The notes beneath the pieces were generated by a model. It ran no database searches. It was not told the origin of the DNA and saw nothing but the letters and a program-made list of their open reading frames with translations. From Fimbriimonadales bacterium (GTDB lineage Bacteria > Armatimonadota > Fimbriimonadia > Fimbriimonadales > GBS-DC), in contig BPGO01000006.1 in NCBI GenBank assembly GCA_026003075.1, positions 7,928 through 71,927 of the forward strand: DNA of 64,000 nucleotides. Direction: 5' to 3'. Each line of letters starts with the position of its first letter. The first letter of the stretch is position 1. The translations under genes were made by a program, and so were the position numbers. Shown here piece by piece: positions 38,988 through 50,682 of the stretch.

Positions 38988-39844
38988 GAGGCTGTTTAGG
39001 AAGGTAGATAGAGTATAAGCGCAATAGGAGCGTCCAACCTACCTACCAGTCTGACCCAACGCCCCAACAGTGGGCGATCATCGAACCCGTCCTCAAACGC
39101 GCCCTCTACAAACGCAAACGCAAACCCATCGGCGCACCCCGACGATACAGCCTCTACGACCTGTACCGAGCCATGCTCTATGTTCTCATCAGCGGCATCC
39201 GTTGGCGCGACCTCCCCCGCGACCTGCCCCCGTGGCAAACCGTCTATTACCACTTCCGTCGCTGGCAAGCGTTGGGAGTGTTTGAACAAGTACAACACGC
39301 GCAAGCGCGTCGGCGGGAGCGACGCGGGCAGCCCAAAACGGTGGCGGTGGACAGTCAGAGTGTGCCGACCACCCAAAAAGGGGGGTGCGCGGGTACGACG
39401 GTGGCAAGAAAATCAATGGGCGCAAACGGCATATAGTGGTAGACTCGCAGGGGAACCTGTTCGGGGTGGTGGTGTCGGGCGCCGATGTGTCGGATGCGCG
39501 TGGGGCGTATGGGGTTTTGGACGGGGTGTTGGGTCGGTATCGTTCGGTGCAGGTGGTGATAGCGGGCGGAGCGTACGATCGGGAGGGTTTATTGGAATGG
39601 TTGTTGGGGAAGTGGGAGGTGGGTTTGGATTGTGTGAGTTGTTTGGGGTGTGGTGGTTGTTGGGGTACGGCGTGCCGTACCCGTACCGCGTCGTTGGTTG
39701 TTGTTGGGGTACGGCATGCCGTACCCGTACTTGTTTGTCTCGGTGTTGGGATGTGTTGTGTGAGGTGGAGGCGGCTTGGGTCTGGCTGTCAGGGATACGG
39801 CGGTTGATGCGGTATCTTGCAAGCAATGGTTCCTAAACAGTCTC
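38988..39844 (+). mobile_element. IS5-family (IS427-group-like) element, copy 3 (the duplicate of copy 2)
   Basis: Identical to 32472-33328 (+6516). Confidence 0.8.
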
Positions 39845-39922
39845 TCAGTCGGTCTTGATTGCATCGCGAAGTACGCTATGGGATTGAATCGAGCTCGCTC
39901 TCCAGGTAAAATTGTTCTGTCT

Positions 39923-41374
39923 ATGAAAACCATCGTTATCGTCGGTGCGGGGATGGGGGGGTTAGCCACCGCTGCCCGACTGGCAACAGCAGGGTACGAC
40001 GTTGCTGTGTTCGAAGCGCGCTCGCAGGTCGGAGGGCGCATCGGGGAACTGCGACGCGACGGCTATCGGTTCGACATGGGGCCCACCCTCCTGATGATGC
40101 TCGAACCCCTCGAGCGGTTGTTCAAAGACCTCCATCGACGCGTAGAAGATTACTTAGAGCTGGTACTGATTGACCCCTCGTATCGCGTCTATTTCGGCGA
40201 CGGCACGGTGTTCGATTCCAGTCCGAATATCGCGCGGATGGTGCGCGAGATCGCCCGCAAGATAAGCCCCGACGAGGCGCCCGGCTACTTGCGCTTGATG
40301 GGCGACTTGAGCGCGATGTATCATGCTGTAGTGCCTGCCTTCGTGCGTAAGCAGTATCACGGCTTGGGCGACCTATTCACCCCCTACCAGATCGGGCTGC
40401 TGCTGCGCCATCGGTTGCTCGGCAACTTGTGGAAGCGTGTGGGACGCTATGTGCGCGACCCGCGCCTGCGGATGCTTTTCTCGTTCCAAACGATGTATTT
40501 GGGGTTGTCGCCGAAAGATGCGCTGTGGGTGTATGGTGTGCTGACCTATATGGAGTCGGGCGAGGGGGTGTGGTATCCGCGTGGGGGGATGCATCGCCTG
40601 CCCGAAGCGATTGCCCAGATTGCCCAAGAAGAGGGCGCACGCATCTACCTCAATCATCGCGTGGCGGAAGTGCTGATTGAAGACGGGCGCGCGGTGGGTG
40701 TGCGCCTGGAATCGGGCGAGGTGCTGAAAGCCGACGAGGTGGTCATCAACACCGATGCACCGACCGCGTATCGCGAACTGCTGCCGCCTACGCCCTACGC
40801 TCAACGCGCCTTCAAAAACTCCTGCAGCGCGTTGATGTTTTATATTGGCTACACGGAACCCCTGCCCCACCAACTCCATCATAATGTCTACTTCAGTCGC
40901 GATTTCGAGGCGAACCTGCGCGAACTGTTTGAGCAGAACCGCGTGCCCAGCGACCCCTCGTTTTACACATGCCTTTCTAACCGCACCGATCCTGACGATG
41001 CGCCGCCAGGCTGTGAGAACCTGTATGTGTTGGTTCCTGTGCCCAACCTTACAGGTGAGGATGCACGCGAGGCTGCTCCCCGCGTGTTGGAAACTGTTCT
41101 GCAGCGTGTGGGGCTTCAGCGCGAGAAGATACAGTTCGTCGAGACACTCACCCCGCACGAGTGGCAAGCGATGGGCTTATGGCAGGGCGCCGCGTTCGGG
41201 ATTGCGCATACCTTTTTCCAGTCCACGGCATTTCGCCCGTCGGTGCAAACGCCGTTCCGGGACTGCTACCTGGTGGGGGCAAGCACGCAACCGGGCAACG
41301 GGATCCCGATGACGCTCATCTCGGCGGAGTTGGTTGCCGAGCGCATCCTGAAAAAGGGGCGCGGGAAGGGGTGA
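39923..41374 (+). CDS. crtI: phytoene desaturase family oxidoreductase, copy 2
   Basis: Identical to 33407-34858 except for a synonymous CTA/CTT change at 40477. Confidence 0.8.
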   Translation: MKTIVIVGAGMGGLATAARLATAGYDVAVFEARSQVGGRIGELRRDGYRFDMGPTLLMMLEPLERLFKDLHRRVEDYLELVLIDPSYRVYFGDGTVFDSSPNIARMVREIARKISPDEAPGYLRLMGDLSAMYHAVVPAFVRKQYHGLGDLFTPYQIGLLLRHRLLGNLWKRVGRYVRDPRLRMLFSFQTMYLGLSPKDALWVYGVLTYMESGEGVWYPRGGMHRLPEAIAQIAQEEGARIYLNHRVAEVLIEDGRAVGVRLESGEVLKADEVVINTDAPTAYRELLPPTPYAQRAFKNSCSALMFYIGYTEPLPHQLHHNVYFSRDFEANLRELFEQNRVPSDPSFYTCLSNRTDPDDAPPGCENLYVLVPVPNLTGEDAREAAPRVLETVLQRVGLQREKIQFVETLTPHEWQAMGLWQGAAFGIAHTFFQSTAFRPSVQTPFRDCYLVGASTQPGNGIPMTLISAELVAERILKKGRGKG

Positions 41375-41638
41375 GTGATTGGTAGACAAGACAGGTGCAC
41401 ACTCGGTAGCTTGTAACCACGCGAGATCTCTACAGAAGGCGCTGCCCCCATCCCCAGCAGGAAGGTGAGAGCCCGAAGGTGTAAGAATCAGCATTTCGGG
41501 AGCCGCACTGCCTTGCCCAACCATTTTGAGGCGCGAGTGGCGCAGGATTGAAGTGAATGCGCTTCCCATCGGTTGGATTCTAATATACGACGATAGCTTT
41601 CTCAACACGGTAAGCAGCCATGGAACCTGGGTATCGTC

Positions 41639-44388
<2,750 letters not shown>

Positions 44389-44399
<11 letters not shown>

Positions 44400-45033
44400 C
44401 GCTCGCCTCCTGTGGCTTTCCAACTGTAGGACTGGTCTCAACGCCAAAAAGTTCCCGATACGGTTCCAGCAGTTGGCGCAAGGCGGTGCGGGCGCGATTG
44501 AGACGCGACTTAATCGTGCCCAGCGGTAGCCCTAAGATTTGCGCAATCTCTTCGTACGAGCGCTCCTCGATGTGGAACAGCACCACCATGACGCGCTGAT
44601 ACTCTGGCAGCTGCTGGATGACCTCCATCAACACGCGCCGCTGCTCCTGCTGAAGCGCGTGCCCCATAATATCCACGCTCTCATCTTCCACGGGCAGCTC
44701 CATCGGTTCCTCACTGTCTTCCGTTTGGATCTCCAGCGGTATATGTTGATGGCGCGACTCCCGTTTGCGAAAATCGAAAAACACATTGCTGACCACGCGA
44801 TAGAGCCAAGTCGAAAGTTGGGCATCGCCCCGAAAGCGTTTGAGCGAGTTATACATGCGCAGGAAGGTTTCGGCAGCGACATCGGCGGCATCGTCGGGGT
44901 TGTTCGTCAGGCGATAGGCGAGCTGGTACACCTTCTGCTCGTAGCGGCGCACCAGCAGATCAAAAGCGTGTTCATCGCCCTCTTTGAACCGCTCGATGAG
45001 AACCTCATCGCTGATATAGTCGTAAGTGTGCAT
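44389..45033 (-). CDS. ECF-type RNA polymerase sigma-70 family factor
   Basis: Region 2 (FDLLVRRYEQKVYQLAYRLTNNPDDAADVAAETFLRMY) and region 4 (LPEYQRVMVVLFHIEERSYEEIAQILGLPLGTIKSRLNRARTAL). Confidence 0.9.
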
Positions 45034-45063
45034 ACCCTCCTGCCAGTTGTCGCGTGGATACGA

Positions 45064-45651
45064 CTATCCGCGCGACTGCGTGGCTGCTCGCAACGCCTGC
45101 TGCTCCTCGTCCGATAATCCGATGGTCGAGGTGCGTTTCTGAATTGGCTTTGCGTACACGCGCATCTCTTGGCGGCTATGGATTCCGCTAAGGACCACGC
45201 CATCACCGTGCTCATTCAACACTGCCAGCGCAAAGCTCTGCTGTCCGCCCATATCGGGAAATGCATCATAGCGAACCAGTCCCACGCGCTGCAGACACTG
45301 ATTTGTTTGACTCTGCAACTGTTCCAATTGGTTCCCGTGCGACTTCAGCGTCTCTTCCATCAGCGACACGCGGCGCAGGGTCTCGTACAGGGTATGCTCC
45401 AGCGAGCCACCTTCGGAGTGCGTCATCAACTGCTTCCAGCGCCGCATGAATCGGCTCCAGCGCCACGCCTGCACAAGGTTCGCTATCAGCAGAGCCGCCA
45501 CAACCACGACCAAACCCAGCACGACCTGCGGGTGCTGCGCCCAGTCCAATAAGGTTTGCCAGTCCATAGGTTGCAGGGAATTGTACCTGCTGCACCCGAT
45601 GGAGAGCATTATGGCGAACAATAACGCCGACGCGACTCCTGGAGGCAGCAC
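45064..45651 (-). CDS. DUF4446 family protein
   Basis: N-terminal transmembrane segment plus GLVRYDAFPDMGGQQSFALAVLNEHGDGVVLSGIHSRQEMRVYAKPI. The start is uncertain: GTG 45651, ATG 45609 or ATG 45567. Confidence 0.65.
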   Translation of the reverse strand: MLPPGVASALLFAIMLSIGCSRYNSLQPMDWQTLLDWAQHPQVVLGLVVVVAALLIANLVQAWRWSRFMRRWKQLMTHSEGGSLEHTLYETLRRVSLMEETLKSHGNQLEQLQSQTNQCLQRVGLVRYDAFPDMGGQQSFALAVLNEHGDGVVLSGIHSRQEMRVYAKPIQKRTSTIGLSDEEQQALRAATQSRG

Positions 45652-45730
45652 GAAAAATGGGGGTTCCCGTGTTATGACGCCGTGGGCGTCTCACTTGAAC
45701 CCCCGACCGCCGCGCGCTGACCCTGCGACT

Positions 45731-47110
45731 TTACGCGCTCGTAGCGATAATTTGCTCGTCTAACTCTGCCAAATCCATAAAGTAGCGCGGCGCCTCGCCT
45801 TTGAGTTTGCTTGCCAGCAGCTTCTGGATCGACAGGCGCAGGTCGGCAGGCTTGATTTCGCGCAGCACGACCTCAAAGAAGCCCATCACAATCAGTGCTT
45901 CCGCCGCGGCAGGGTCAATCCCACGCGAGCGCAGATAAAACAGCTCGTCGGGTTGCACGGGGCCCACCGTCGCGCCGTGCGTGCAGCGCACCTCGTTCGC
46001 GCCGATCTCCAAGTTCGGGATCGTGTATGCCCGTGCATCATCGCTGAGCAGCAAGTTACGGTTCGCCTGATAGGCGTCGGTATGCTGCGCCTTGGGATGC
46101 ACCCGAATCAGCCCCGAGAAGACCGAGACCGCCTCGTCGTGCAGCACGCCTTTGTAGAGCAAATCGCTGCGCGTGTTGCCCACACGATGGTCTTGCAAGG
46201 TACGGAAGTCAAGATGTTGCTTGCCGTCGCCGAAGAACAGCCCCAGCGGGCGCGCTTCGGCGCCTGGCTCGGTCATCAAGTGCTGCAACACGGTACGCCC
46301 CAGTTTCGCGCCCAGCCCCACATTCAGCGACAGCACGCGCGAATCACGCTGCTGCTCATAGTCGATGCTGCTGATGAACAGGCTTTCGCGCCCCATGCGC
46401 TGCATGAGAGTATGACGCAGCTCGCTGTTGGGCTTGTTGAAGACCTCCACCGCGCCCAACACGAACACCGACACGCCCTCTGGCGAGAAAAATGACTGGA
46501 CGATGTTCGCGGCGCTGCCCGTTTCGCAGACGATGACCGTATGTGGTAGGTGCAACCCGGGCGTTTCGAACCAGTGGACAATCTCCATCACGCCTTCTAT
46601 TTGCACATTGCGCGGGATGGAGACATACAGTCCGCTGTCCCACGCAGCCGTGTGGAGGGCGGTGAGTTTGTCGCCGGGGACAGGCGCAAGGCGTCCCAAA
46701 TCCCGCTCCAACCGCTCAGGGTTCTGCGTTAGCACCTCGTGCAGATTGCGCACCTGCACGCCCTGCTCGCGCAGGGCGTCGGGGATATGCGCCTCGAAGC
46801 CGAAACCCGCACGATGATACACCTGTACGACAGGATTCTCGGTCAAGAAGGCAGGCATTTGCGTTGGCGCGTCGCCGCGTGGGGCGTCGCTCCACGCTAC
46901 GGCAGGATAATCTTCCAAATGTAAGGTAGTTATATCCGTATAGCGCCAGTCCTCCTGCTTTGGCGAGGGGAGTGGCAGGCGCAGGAATCGATCAAAGGCT
47001 TCCAAGCGTTGCTGGATATGCCATTCGGGTTCCCCCAGAGCGCGCGCCTGTTGCTCAATCCGTTCGCGCGTCAAGCCCAGGGGAACCTCCTTAAGAACCT
47101 CGGTTGTCAT
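45731..47110 (-). CDS. sufD: Fe-S cluster assembly protein SufD
   Basis: SufD/SufB-fold C-terminal region (...RTLQDHRVGNTRSDLLYKGVL..., EIGANEVRCTHGATVGPV, LFYLRSRGI). ATG at 47110 lies 8 nt after AGGAGG; ATG at 47116 is an alternative. The rest of ORF 45731-47869 runs through a repeat array and is not coding. Confidence 0.85.
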   Translation of the reverse strand: MTTEVLKEVPLGLTRERIEQQARALGEPEWHIQQRLEAFDRFLRLPLPSPKQEDWRYTDITTLHLEDYPAVAWSDAPRGDAPTQMPAFLTENPVVQVYHRAGFGFEAHIPDALREQGVQVRNLHEVLTQNPERLERDLGRLAPVPGDKLTALHTAAWDSGLYVSIPRNVQIEGVMEIVHWFETPGLHLPHTVIVCETGSAANIVQSFFSPEGVSVFVLGAVEVFNKPNSELRHTLMQRMGRESLFISSIDYEQQRDSRVLSLNVGLGAKLGRTVLQHLMTEPGAEARPLGLFFGDGKQHLDFRTLQDHRVGNTRSDLLYKGVLHDEAVSVFSGLIRVHPKAQHTDAYQANRNLLLSDDARAYTIPNLEIGANEVRCTHGATVGPVQPDELFYLRSRGIDPAAAEALIVMGFFEVVLREIKPADLRLSIQKLLASKLKGEAPRYFMDLAELDEQIIATSA

Positions 47111-47130
47111 TCGCATAACCTCCTGAATAC

Positions 47131-47173
47131 TTAGCGTGGCTAAATTATGACACATTCGAGGCGCTGGAGTCAA
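47131..47173 (-). promoter_or_regulatory. sigma70-like promoter of sufD with the same abutting palindromic operator as sufCB
   Basis: On the minus strand: TTGACT (47168-47173), an 18-nt spacer, CATAAT (47144-47149), then immediately TTAGC-N3-GCTAA (47131-47143). Confidence 0.65.
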
Positions 47174-47296
47174 CAGGGGTATCGGTTTTTCGGTGATCCG
47201 GCGGCTGAAAGTCAGCCAATCCCAACCCTCCACGAACGCAAAGGGAAACACAGAAGACACTACTCGCAACCTATCTCTCACGGCGTGCGAGAGACA

Positions 47297-47713
47297 GGGG
47301 TAAGCCCCCCTCTCCCACGCGATGGGAGAGGGGACGGGGGTGAGGGCGACACCACTCCACCACGCGGTGGGAGAAGGGATGGGGGTGAGGGCGACACCAC
47401 TCCACCACGCGATGGGAGAGGGGACGGGGGTGAGGGCGACACCACTCCACCACGCGATGGGAGAAGAGGCAAAGGGGTGAGGGCGACACCACTCCCCCAC
47501 GCGATGGGAGAAGAGGCAAAGGGGTGAGGGCGACACCACTCCACCACGCGATGGGAGAGGGGACGGGGGTGAGGGCGACACCACTCCCCCACGCGATGGG
47601 AGAAGAGGCAAAGGGGTGACGGCAACACCCCTCTCCCACGCGGTGGGAGAAGGGATGGGGGTGAGGGCGACACCACTCCACCACGCGATGGGAGAGGGGA
47701 CGGGGGTGAGGGT
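47297..47713. repeat. tandem array of 9 full and 2 partial 45/47-bp G-rich (plus-strand) hairpin-containing repeats
   Basis: The unit is GGGGTGAGGGCGACACCACTCCACCACGCGATGGGAGAGGGGACG. Unit starts: 47337, 47382, 47427, 47474, 47521, 47566, 47613, 47658. There are three 3'-end variants: GAGGGGACG, GAAGGGATG and GAAGAGGCAAA. The array is intergenic, between the GAF gene stop and the sufD promoter. Confidence 0.9.
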
Positions 47714-47777
47714 ACGATCACTGAAATTTTTGCGAGCCAGAAACCCCGACGGATGCCACACCGCCGTTCGATGCAAT

Positions 47778-48248
47778 CTATACAACCAGTCGGGCGATTC
47801 GTTCCGCGATGACCTCCAGCATCGCCTCGTCCGACTCGTCAAACGCCCCAACCTCAGTGCCGTCGACATCGATCTGTCCGAGGATTCTGCCGCTGTTGGG
47901 GCAGCGGATTAGGACCACGATTTCCGAGCGCGTCTCGAGGTTGCACGCAAGGTAGTTCTCCAGCGTGCGCACATCCTCGACAATTTGGTTCATATTCTCG
48001 GCGACGGCGGTTCCACACACGCCACGCCCCACAGGAATGCGTACATGCTCCGTCGGCGGACCGACATAGGGTCCCAGAACCAACTCATTGCCTTTGAGCC
48101 AGTAGATACCTACCCAGTGGAAATGGGGTAAGCGGTCGTGGAGATACTGCGTGAGGTTCTGGAGGCGTTCTTGCACGGGTGTATCGGACGCCTCCAGAAT
48201 CGCTTCCGCCTCCAGAATCACTTCGGTTGCCAGTGCGTCATCGACCAT
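47778..48248 (-). CDS. GAF domain protein (free methionine-R-sulfoxide reductase-like)
   Basis: HWVGIYWLKGNELVLGPYVGPPTEHVRIPVGRGVCGTA...LACNLETRSEIVVLI...GQIDVD is typical of the fRMsr/GAF family. Confidence 0.8.
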   Translation of the reverse strand: MVDDALATEVILEAEAILEASDTPVQERLQNLTQYLHDRLPHFHWVGIYWLKGNELVLGPYVGPPTEHVRIPVGRGVCGTAVAENMNQIVEDVRTLENYLACNLETRSEIVVLIRCPNSGRILGQIDVDGTEVGAFDESDEAMLEVIAERIARLVV

Positions 48249-48269
48249 AGGCTTTCCCTCATCTCAAGG

Positions 48270-48968
48270 TTAGTTAGATGGCGGGGCGGCTTTTTTCGGC
48301 GCCCACTTCTCCAGCACGACGGCTTTCTCAATCGTGTCGCCGACTCGCACTTTATCGATAATCTCTATCCCTTCGACCACACGCCCGAAGATGACATAGT
48401 TGCCGTCCAGCGGCGGAAGATCTTTCAGGCAGATATAGAACTGGCTGCTTGCGCTGTCGGGGTCTTGGGCGCGCGCCATACCGATAGCACCGCGCTTATG
48501 TTTCAGGTTGTTCGGCTCGAACTTGATATTTTTGCCCGAACCGCCCGTGCCCAGTTGCGGATGTCCCATCGGCAGCGTTTTAGACTGCGGGTCGCCTGCC
48601 TGAATCACGAAATCCGGCACCACGCGGTGGAAACGAATCCCGTCATAGAACTTCTCCTTGACCAGGTTCAGGAAGTTCTCGCTGGTTTTGGGGGCTTCTT
48701 TTAGATCTAACTCGATAATCAGGTCGCCCTTGTCTTTGATGGTCATCTTCACATAGGCGACTTTGGCTTGCTGTTCTGCTTGGCTCACGGTGGTCTCCTT
48801 CTTGTCGTCAGTAGGGCGTGCTGGCTCTTGCGGCGAGTCCTGCACGGCGAGGGGAGTGGTTTCGGTGTCTGCCTGAGTCTGTTCCACAGATTGCGATTGG
48901 CACGCGCAGAGGACAAACACGAGCGCAGGTAGTATCCATCGGTTCAGAGCAGAGAGTTTCTTTCTCAT
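48270..48968 (-). CDS. peptidyl-prolyl cis-trans isomerase (cyclophilin type), lipoprotein
   Basis: Lipobox VLCAC. Cyclophilin core FHRVVPDFVIQAGDP...GTGGSG...AIGMARAQDPDSASSQFYICL...LDGNYVIFGRV. AAGGAGG RBS before the ATG at 48968. Confidence 0.88.
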   Translation of the reverse strand: MRKKLSALNRWILPALVFVLCACQSQSVEQTQADTETTPLAVQDSPQEPARPTDDKKETTVSQAEQQAKVAYVKMTIKDKGDLIIELDLKEAPKTSENFLNLVKEKFYDGIRFHRVVPDFVIQAGDPQSKTLPMGHPQLGTGGSGKNIKFEPNNLKHKRGAIGMARAQDPDSASSQFYICLKDLPPLDGNYVIFGRVVEGIEIIDKVRVGDTIEKAVVLEKWAPKKAAPPSN

Positions 48969-49011
48969 AGGGTGTACCTCCTTGCGAAGTGGCATATTGT
49001 ACCCGACTTGG

Positions 49012-50532
49012 TTAGCACCCGTTGCCGAAGGCGAACAGTACCGTGAGTAGGTCGGCATCATCGACAACGCCATCACTGTTCAGGTCGGCGCGGTTTGTGC
49101 CCGTAGCGCCAAATTGGAACAGCGTTTCCAGTAGATCGGCATCGTCCACACAGTCATCACCATTGACATCGCCTTCCAGCCGAGGCGCGTTCGGCATCGG
49201 GCGGATACGCGGACGGAAGTTCGGAGGCAGGTTCGGAACGCTGGTCAGCCAGAACTCCGGCGCGAGACTCGATTGGCGCAGCCGAAACTCGCTCCAATAC
49301 ACTGTATTACTCGGATTGAAGTTGCTCCACAGTAGTCCCGTTGCCCGTTTGTACCACAGGTTGCCACTACGGTCGGTCAGACGTTGCCCACCATAGAGCC
49401 ACGAGCCATCGTTGGAGTAGTAGGTATACACTTCAACCACCTGATAGGTCGTCGCCAGTTCCGCGCTGAACGCCGCTTGTCCGAAAAACTCATACATCGC
49501 GGCAGTCGGGATAGGGGGCAGGTTGGGATAGTTACTGCTGCCTGTGAGGTGGCGCCCAATCCAGAAGCGCGTCGCTGCTTCAATGCGCGGCTCGGCGAAA
49601 TTGCGGTTATCAAAGGTCTCGTAGGGCGAGGGCAGCGTCGCCGTGAACAAGCCGTGATCCCAATTGGGAATAACGACCAGCCGATGCGCACTGCGGTTCG
49701 GGAAAGCGTTGAAGGTGTCGAGCGTGCTATCGATAGGAAAGAACTCATCTTGGGCGCCGTTGATGAGCATCACGGGAGCGTGTTGAGACGCTGCTTGGCG
49801 CAGGGGATCGACAGTGTCGCACAGCACCTGAAAGGGCGTTGAGCGTCTTGACATCCCGCACGCACGCAGGAGATGGTTCATCCAGCCGTCGTTCTCGGCG
49901 GCTTTACGCAGCGCACCCGTGCCACTGACCGCGATGGCGCAGCGCAGACGATTATCGAAGCCGTTCACATTCAGCGTCGCCATCGCACCCGCGCTGTAGC
50001 CCGACATGCCGATGCGCGTTGGGTCGGTCGCAGGCAGCGTTGTGAGTACCGTAATCGCACGGCTACCCGCGATTGCGTGGCTCCAGAACCACGAGCCGCG
50101 CGGATCTGGAACGGTGTCAAACAGGAGACGCAACTCAAACGGGCGTCCGCCCGACTGCCCGCACCCTGGTCCGCTGTAATAGAGCGCCGCGACGCCATGC
50201 TGCGCGGCGAAACGCGCCGCCGCGCCCGCCTCCGCCTGCGCCCCCAACCCATGCGCCAGCACAACCGCCGCACCGTAACTCAAACTCGCAGGACGCGCAT
50301 AAAATGCATGGATCGATATCGTCCGCAACTGCCCATCGACGCATTCCCACGAGTCGTAGCGCAGTTCAACCATCTGCACCTGCTGGACGCCGACCAGTTC
50401 CGTCCACTGACGAATCGTCTGGACATTGAGCGTGCTGGTGTCGTAGAGCATGTCCTGCGGGAGCCAGATACCTTGCGCCTGTGCCGCCATGATTCCCAGT
50501 GCGATGAACACCCCAGCCAAATAGTTCGCCAT
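49012..50532 (-). CDS. secreted alpha/beta-hydrolase-like protein with a C-terminal dockerin-like double EF-hand tail
   Basis: Signal peptide MANYLAGVFIALGIMAAQAQG. Nucleophile-elbow-like GMSGYSAGA. C-terminus GDVNGDDCVDDADLLETLFQFG...DLNSDGVVDDADLLTVLFAFGNGC. AAGGAGG RBS. Confidence 0.7.
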   Translation of the reverse strand: MANYLAGVFIALGIMAAQAQGIWLPQDMLYDTSTLNVQTIRQWTELVGVQQVQMVELRYDSWECVDGQLRTISIHAFYARPASLSYGAAVVLAHGLGAQAEAGAAARFAAQHGVAALYYSGPGCGQSGGRPFELRLLFDTVPDPRGSWFWSHAIAGSRAITVLTTLPATDPTRIGMSGYSAGAMATLNVNGFDNRLRCAIAVSGTGALRKAAENDGWMNHLLRACGMSRRSTPFQVLCDTVDPLRQAASQHAPVMLINGAQDEFFPIDSTLDTFNAFPNRSAHRLVVIPNWDHGLFTATLPSPYETFDNRNFAEPRIEAATRFWIGRHLTGSSNYPNLPPIPTAAMYEFFGQAAFSAELATTYQVVEVYTYYSNDGSWLYGGQRLTDRSGNLWYKRATGLLWSNFNPSNTVYWSEFRLRQSSLAPEFWLTSVPNLPPNFRPRIRPMPNAPRLEGDVNGDDCVDDADLLETLFQFGATGTNRADLNSDGVVDDADLLTVLFAFGNGC

Positions 50533-50682
50533 CGGAGCCTCCTTGCGGCAGGTTACCGCCACAAGAATTGTACCCCCGAATACGCTCACCTCCACTGCAA
50601 GGGCAGTCAACAGTCTCTCAATTACCGCGACGATGCGCCGTGCTTGCAGGATTCTCGACGGCAGTAGCGAATCGCTATCACA

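Noticed and set aside
47297-47713. A possible CRISPR array.
   Set aside because: The units are directly contiguous, with no unique spacers. The repeats fall into three sequence variants rather than one conserved repeat, and there are no cas genes in the window.
47111-47869. The N-terminal ~250 codons of ORF 45731-47869, which would extend SufD through a PSPIAWWSGVALTPV-type repeat region.
   Set aside because: The frame is open only because the 45/47-bp repeat has no stops in any of the six frames, and the 47-bp units change the frame of the repeat peptide. A strong RBS, start codon and sigma70-like promoter lie downstream of the array, at 47110-47173. The ORF start also overlaps the 3' end of the GAF gene.
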